Origin: Phycisphaerales bacterium
Lineage (GTDB): Bacteria; Planctomycetota; Phycisphaerae; Phycisphaerales; UBA1924
Direction of reading: 5' to 3'
NCBI GenBank assembly: GCA_032229765.1
Contig: JAVTWO010000081.1
Coordinates: 1 to 64,000, forward strand
Length of the DNA stretch: 64,000 nucleotides
The stretch's first letter is position 1, and each line of letters starts with the position of its first letter. Under the pieces are notes generated by a model. That model saw nothing but the letters and a program-made list of their open reading frames with translations, ran no database searches and was not told the origin of the DNA. Positions 59,398-64,000 of this stretch are shown piece by piece. The translations under genes were made by a program, and so were the position numbers.

Positions 59398-60270
59398 ATG
59401 GAACGCAACCGTTCAATCACCCAAATGACTAGGGGTTTACCCGCACCGTATTCTGTTGCAGTGTGGAACGCCGACGAGATCGTGGACCTGCTGGCCCAAA
59501 CGCTCCGCGAGCGTGAGGCGGAGCTTCGGCGTGAACAAGCCTTCGCCGGCCTCGACGCTTTGCAGGAAACCGAACTGCACCCGATCTTGGCGGGCGTGGC
59601 CGATTTGGCGAGCTGGGGGGTGCTGCGCGAGGTGGCGTACCCGGCGCAGTGGAGGTCAAAAAAGCCGCGTCGCAAGCCCCTGCCGGAGGATGCCGAGCGG
59701 CAGCGCTGCGACCTGGTCCTAACCCCCGGGCCCGGTCAGCGATTGGCGGACGAGTTGAAGAACGAGCGTGCCCGGGTTCGCGCGCGCGAGCTTGTCCGCG
59801 GGACCTTGTTTGAGTCCCTCGCCACCGACGAGCCCGCGCCGGCTGATCTTTCGAAAGACTTGGTGGTGCCCGCGGAGGACGCGTATTGGCTGGAGGTGAA
59901 GGCCGTGGGTCAGTTTGCGTACGTCGATGGCGTACCGGGGCCCAACCCGGCGTACTCGTCGCAGCTCACGCGCGGGGTTTCGGGTGATCTGCGGAAACTC
60001 CTGGCCGACGCGAGCGTGCGCCGCGGCGGGGCGCTCTTGGTGCACTTCACCGCGGACGAAGCCGTCGCGAAGCACGATCTGGGGGTGCTGGTGCACCGAT
60101 TACTCGATAAGGGGCTGGTGATCCGCCCGCCGGCGACGGCCCGGGTGGGGATCCTCGACCGCGTGGGCAACGCGGTGTGCACGCTGGTGCTCATCGAGCC
60201 CGCGGGGCAGATGGACGAACCGCCCGCGGACGATTCGGCGGGGGACGAATCGGTCACAGCTTTGGCGTAA
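59398..60270 (+). CDS. hypothetical protein (possible PD-(D/E)xK-like core)
   Basis: RCDLVLTP...DAYWLEVKAV resembles a D-x(n)-E-x-K nuclease motif. Otherwise unassigned. Confidence 0.35.
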   Translation: MERNRSITQMTRGLPAPYSVAVWNADEIVDLLAQTLREREAELRREQAFAGLDALQETELHPILAGVADLASWGVLREVAYPAQWRSKKPRRKPLPEDAERQRCDLVLTPGPGQRLADELKNERARVRARELVRGTLFESLATDEPAPADLSKDLVVPAEDAYWLEVKAVGQFAYVDGVPGPNPAYSSQLTRGVSGDLRKLLADASVRRGGALLVHFTADEAVAKHDLGVLVHRLLDKGLVIRPPATARVGILDRVGNAVCTLVLIEPAGQMDEPPADDSAGDESVTALA

Positions 60271-61735
60271 GTGCGTGCCAGGTGCTGGCGGACTGGAAAA
60301 GCCCGACCAAACGCAGCAACTGGGCCTCGCCCAAGGCCGGGCCGACGAGCTGCATCCCCACGGGGAGCTTCACGCCCGAATCTTCTGAAAGACCGGCTTG
60401 GAAGCTGATGGCGGGGAGGCCCGCGAGGTTGACCCCGACGGTGTAAATGTCTTCGAGGTAGAGCGAGAGCGGATCGCCCGACTTTTGCCCGATGGGGAAG
60501 GCGGGGGTGGGGGCGGTGGGCATCAGGATGGCGGCGCACCCCTGCGCGAAGGCGGCGTCGTAGTCCTGCTTGATCAGTCGGCGGACCTTCAGGGCGGTGT
60601 TGTAGTAGGCGTCGTAATAGCCGCTGGAGAGGGCGTAGGTGCCCAGCATGATTCGGCGCTGGACTTCGGGCCCGAAGCCTTCTGAGCGGGATTTTTCGTA
60701 GAGGTCGAGGAGGCCTTCGCCGGGGGCGAGCTTGGCGCGTCGGCCGTAGCGGACGCCGTCGAACCGCGCGAGGTTGCTGGAGGCTTCGGCGGGGGCGATG
60801 ACGTAGTACGCCGCCACGCCCAGACTTGCGTGGGGGAGCGAGACGTCGACGCACTCGATGCCCAGGCTGGTGAGCGTGCGGACGGTATTGTCCAGGGCTT
60901 CACTCACGGCCGGGTGGTTCGCGTCGGATCGACCCTCGCGGGCGATGCCGATGCGCATGGGGATGGGCTGGCTGGTGCGGGCGAGTTCGACGAAGTCTTC
61001 GTCGGGGGTTTGGGCGCAGGTGCTGTCGCGCGGATCGAACCCGGCGATGGCGGAGAGGAGCATGGCGCACGACTGAGCGTCGCGGGCCATGGGCCCGATC
61101 TGGTCGAGGCTGCTGGCGAAGGCGACGAGGCCGTAGCGGCTGACGCGCCCGTAGGTGGGCTTGAGTCCGGTGAGGCCCACGAGCGAGGCGGGCTGGCGGA
61201 TGGAGCCGCCCGTGTCGCTGCCGAGGGCGGCGGGGACGATCCCGGCGCTGACGGCTGCGGCGGAGCCCGAGCTCGACCCGCCCGGGACGCGCGAAAGGTC
61301 CCAGGGGTTGCGGGTTGGCCCGAAGCAGGAGTGCTCGCCCGAGCCGCCCATCGCGAACTCGTCGAGGTTGGTCTTGGCGATGATGTTCGCGCCGCTGGCG
61401 ATGAGGCGGTCGATGACGAAGGCGTTGAACGGAGAGCGGTAGTTTTCGAGGTAGCGGCTGGCGCAGGTGGTCTTGCCCAGGGTGGTGCAGATGTTGTCTT
61501 TGATGGCGATGGGAACGCCCGCGAGCGGGCCGAGCGGTTGGCCTTGCGCGATGGATTGATCGATCTCGCGGGCACGCTGCAGGGCCTGCTCGTGGAAGGT
61601 CTGGGTCAGGGCGTTGAGCTTGGGGTTCAGTGCGTCGGCGCGGTCGAGGGCGGCGCGGGCGACGTCAACAGCGCTGACGGCCTTGGTGCGAATCGCGTGG
61701 GCGATCTGAACGACGTTGGCGGCGGGGTAGTCCAT
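60254..61735 (-). CDS. gatA: Glu-tRNA(Gln)/Asp-tRNA(Asn) amidotransferase subunit A
   Basis: Amidase signature (GGSSSGSAAAV, KTNLDEFAMGGSGE). The start is set at MDYPAAN. Confidence 0.9.
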   Translation of the reverse strand: MDYPAANVVQIAHAIRTKAVSAVDVARAALDRADALNPKLNALTQTFHEQALQRAREIDQSIAQGQPLGPLAGVPIAIKDNICTTLGKTTCASRYLENYRSPFNAFVIDRLIASGANIIAKTNLDEFAMGGSGEHSCFGPTRNPWDLSRVPGGSSSGSAAAVSAGIVPAALGSDTGGSIRQPASLVGLTGLKPTYGRVSRYGLVAFASSLDQIGPMARDAQSCAMLLSAIAGFDPRDSTCAQTPDEDFVELARTSQPIPMRIGIAREGRSDANHPAVSEALDNTVRTLTSLGIECVDVSLPHASLGVAAYYVIAPAEASSNLARFDGVRYGRRAKLAPGEGLLDLYEKSRSEGFGPEVQRRIMLGTYALSSGYYDAYYNTALKVRRLIKQDYDAAFAQGCAAILMPTAPTPAFPIGQKSGDPLSLYLEDIYTVGVNLAGLPAISFQAGLSEDSGVKLPVGMQLVGPALGEAQLLRLVGLFQSASTWHALTPKL

Positions 61736-61812
61736 TGTGAAAAACAGCAAAGGGCAAAGCAGCAAAGTTCAGAGCTCAAATACTCAAAGCTCAGAACTCA
61801 AAGCTCGAAGCG
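61736..61812. repeat. composite repeat element (TGAAAAACAGCAAAGGGCAAAGCAGCAAAG + degenerate (CTCAAAG)n), copy 1
   Basis: It fills the gatC-gatA intergenic space. It is the reverse complement of the element at 62281-62372. Confidence 0.8.
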
Positions 61813-61846
61813 GAAAACGGAGGTCGATGTGGGCGAGGAAGTCGGT

Positions 61847-62179
61847 TTAGGCCGACCCACCGTCGCCCAGGACTTTGGGCACGGCGAAGAAGGGAGCGGC
61901 GGGTTCGGGGGTGATGCTCATGAACTGGTCGTTGGGAAGAGTGGGCCCCGGGGTGTCGTCGCGGAGGCGGCTGCCCATGTCGAGGGGGCTGGTCATGGGC
62001 TCGACGCCGGTGAGGTCGATGGTTTGGAGCTGTTTGACGTAGCCGAGGATCGCGGAGAGTTGGCCCTGGTAAGCGCTGGCGCGGTCGGGGGTGATGCTGA
62101 GGCGCGAGAGCTTGGCGACCTTGGCGACTTCGTCGAGGGTGAGCTGGGGCGGGGGGGTTGATGCGTTTGGGGCGGTCAT
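61847..62179 (-). CDS. gatC: Glu-tRNA(Gln)/Asp-tRNA(Asn) amidotransferase subunit C
   Basis: LTLDEVAKVAKLSRLSITPDRASAYQGQLSAILGYVKQL...DLTGVEPMTSPL. The start is set at MTAPNAS. Confidence 0.85.
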   Translation of the reverse strand: MTAPNASTPPPQLTLDEVAKVAKLSRLSITPDRASAYQGQLSAILGYVKQLQTIDLTGVEPMTSPLDMGSRLRDDTPGPTLPNDQFMSITPEPAAPFFAVPKVLGDGGSA

Positions 62180-62280
62180 GGGAAAGACACTCACCACAGA
62201 GGCGCAGAGGCACGGAGAAGAAAGAGACAGGGAATGGGGAATCGGCAATGGGCAATCGCAGAAACGCGCGGGCGCTCTGG

Positions 62281-62372
62281 GCTGGCTTTGAGCTTTGAGC
62301 TTTGAGCTTTGAGCTTTGAGCTTTGAGCTTTGAGCTTTGAGCTGTGAGCTTTGAGCTTTGCTGCTTTGCTGT
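62281..62372. repeat. composite repeat element, copy 2: (GAGCTTT)~10 + CTTTGCTGCTTTGCTGTTTTTCA, inverted relative to copy 1
   Basis: Perfect heptamer tandem array read directly in the sequence. It sits between the stop of the 62376-62924 gene and gatC. Confidence 0.9.
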
Positions 62373-62375
62373 TTT

Positions 62376-62924
62376 TCAGTTCCCGTACATGAACTCTTCG
62401 CGGACGATCTTGCCGTCTTGGACGGTGTAGACGCCGACTTCGTTCATGTGGATTTCCTGACCGGTTTCGTTGACCTTCACGTGGATGCTGAACTTGATGG
62501 CGAAGCCGGTGGAGCCGACGAAGGGGCCCTCGGCGGCGCCGCCGAGGAAGGTGTGCTTGCGCATCCACTCGGCGTTCTTGGCGAGCACGGCGTCTTTGCC
62601 GCCCCACTGCATGCCCACGCCCACGCCTTCGCACGAGACCACCTGCGGGGACCAGTACTTCTGCGCGACTTCGTCGCCTGTGCCCTGGTTGAAGGCGGCG
62701 ACGATCTCGGCACCGATCTGGGCGGGCCCGGGGCCTGAGCCGGTGGAGATGGGGCTGGGCCCGGCGATGAAGCCGGAGCCGGCGGCGGGCTTCGACTTCG
62801 CCGAGGACTTGGCCTTGACCTTGGTGGCGGGCTTCTTGGCGGGTTTCGCCGGGGCTTTTTTGAGGGGCTTCTTGGCGGGCTTGGACTTGGCGGCGGGTTT
62901 CTTCTTGGCGGATTTCTTGGCCAT
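62376..62924 (-). CDS. protein with histone H1-like Lys/Ala/Pro-rich N-terminal tail and NTF2/SnoaL-like C-terminal domain
   Basis: The N-terminus MAKKSAKKKPAAKSKPAKKPLKKAPAKPAKKPATKVKAK.... The C-terminus ...YTVQDGKIVREEFMYGN is typical of SnoaL/NTF2-like folds. Confidence 0.5.
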   Translation of the reverse strand: MAKKSAKKKPAAKSKPAKKPLKKAPAKPAKKPATKVKAKSSAKSKPAAGSGFIAGPSPISTGSGPGPAQIGAEIVAAFNQGTGDEVAQKYWSPQVVSCEGVGVGMQWGGKDAVLAKNAEWMRKHTFLGGAAEGPFVGSTGFAIKFSIHVKVNETGQEIHMNEVGVYTVQDGKIVREEFMYGN

Positions 62925-63194
62925 GGCTGAGACTCCGGTTGAGCGGTTGGTGTGCGGGGACGAACCAGAACATGATACCGTGCGGCGGGTTCGGTGCGCG
63001 AAGTTTCGGCGCGGATCGGTGTGATCTTGACGGGATGACCGGGCGGTGCGAGGATCGACTCGCCACGGACCGGGTTGTCCCTGATTGGGTGGAGGTGGTC
63101 GGCGAGTTTTTGATTATCGAACGATGTGGAGAAAACGTGTGCCGATGGGGGAGAGTGTACAACCCGAGCAGAGCGGGACCGCGAGGAAAGACCG

Positions 63195-63626
63195 ATGACG
63201 ACCGGGCAGATCGTGACGTTGGTGGTGGTGATTGTGTTGGTGGACGGGATGGTGATCGGTTCGCTGTTCTCGATGGCGCGCGGGTCGCTGAAGGAGTTGA
63301 GCAAGGCGTTTCCGGGGGTGGCGGTGGTGGATGGGGAGGGGGTGGATGGGGGTCAAGGTTCGGGCGGGAAGCGGTTTTGTTCGATCCGGGTGGGGATGAT
63401 GAAGCTGGGGAGCTGCGTGCACATCACGGTGGATCGGGACCATCTGCATCTGGAGCCGACGCGGCTAGCGCGGTGGATGGGTTTGTCGCGGGTGTCGATC
63501 CCGTGGGGTCGGATGAAGGTGACGGGTCGGCGGTGGGGACAGGTGTCGTTCAGTGCGGGCGGGGTGGATTTGTCGGTGCCGAACTGGGCGGTGCCGCGGG
63601 CGTTGGATGGTGCGGGGAAGGTCTGA
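63195..63626 (+). CDS. hypothetical small membrane protein
   Basis: ATG at 63195 (MTTGQIVTLVVVIVLVDGMVIG), with one TM helix. No known domain. Confidence 0.35.
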   Translation: MTTGQIVTLVVVIVLVDGMVIGSLFSMARGSLKELSKAFPGVAVVDGEGVDGGQGSGGKRFCSIRVGMMKLGSCVHITVDRDHLHLEPTRLARWMGLSRVSIPWGRMKVTGRRWGQVSFSAGGVDLSVPNWAVPRALDGAGKV

Positions 63627-63652
63627 GTGCTGAGTGTTGAGTGCTGAGCGAG
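63625..63652. repeat. short tandem heptamer array (GAGTGCT GAGTGTT GAGTGCT GAGCGAG) starting at the stop codon
   Basis: It shares the AGTGC core with the GGCACTR family (reverse complement). Confidence 0.7.
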
Positions 63653-63683
63653 GGAAGAGGCGGAGATTGCGTATATTCGGGCC

Positions 63684-64000
63684 ATGATGATGACGAACGC
63701 AGGTTCCTCGGCTTCGGGCGCGGGTGGTTCTGGTGGCGGCGTGCACGGATTGCTCACGCCCGCGTGGCTGTCGCGTTTGCGCGGGCAGTGCGTGGTGGTG
63801 AAGGTTGGCGGGTCGATCCAGGACGATGTCAACCAACTGGCCCTGGTTGCGAGCGATATCGCGGTGATGCGCAGTGTCGGGGCGGCGGTGGTGGTGGTCC
63901 ACGGCGGGGGGAAGGCCATCAGTGCGGCGATGAAAGAGGCGGGGTTGCAACCTCGCTTTGTGCAGGGGCAGCGGTTTACGGATGAGGCGACGCTGAAGAT
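63684..64000 (+). CDS. argB: acetylglutamate kinase, N-terminal part (runs off window)
   Basis: CVVVKVGGSI...AVVVVHGGG, the amino-acid-kinase N-terminal signature. No stop codon before the window end. Confidence 0.65.
   Translation, partial: MMMTNAGSSASGAGGSGGGVHGLLTPAWLSRLRGQCVVVKVGGSIQDDVNQLALVASDIAVMRSVGAAVVVVHGGGKAISAAMKEAGLQPRFVQGQRFTDEATLK

Overview
This is a high-GC (~68%) bacterial chromosomal segment with Planctomycetota-like traits (PSP1 protein with a Gly-rich tail, RCC1-repeat protein with a PEP-CTERM-like end, many Lys/Pro-rich linkers). It reads mostly as core chromosome. The minus strand carries a complete tryptophan operon trpE-trpG-trpD-trpC/F(fused)-trpB-trpA at 5.4-12.4 kb. 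Other housekeeping genes are nadA, msrB, trmL, lpxK, maf, der (engA), lepB, truA, dapA, gatC-gatA, and argB (partial at the window end). A tmRNA gene (ssrA, ~37638-37985) has a readable tag ORF (ANNNYALAA*). Several less ordinary blocks sit between these genes. (1) A three-gene minus-strand operon encodes an SPFH/Band-7 protein, a double zinc-ribbon membrane protein, and a DUF1275(YoaK)-STAS fusion, convergent with a Ycf46-like AAA+ ATPase. (2) A four-gene operon divergent from ssrA encodes a PD-(D/E)xK-like protein plus three small single-pass membrane proteins, two of them paralogous. (3) A regulatory cluster holds an atypical sigma-70-family protein with an N-terminal HTH extension, a ParA-like ATPase, and a GAF-PP2C (RsbU/SpoIIE-like) phosphatase. 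(4) A single ~50% GC gene sits in the 68% GC background and is probably horizontally acquired. (5) Several families of intergenic repeats occur. Tandem heptanucleotide arrays (GGCACTR, CTCAAAG/GAGCTTT, TTTGCCA) lie exactly between stop codons or in promoters. Two inverted copies of a composite repeat flank gatC. A REP-like hairpin element occurs in 4 copies with compensatory stem changes. No CRISPR array, rRNA, or IS/transposase was seen. Antisense shadow ORFs are abundant, as expected at this GC content, and were rejected.
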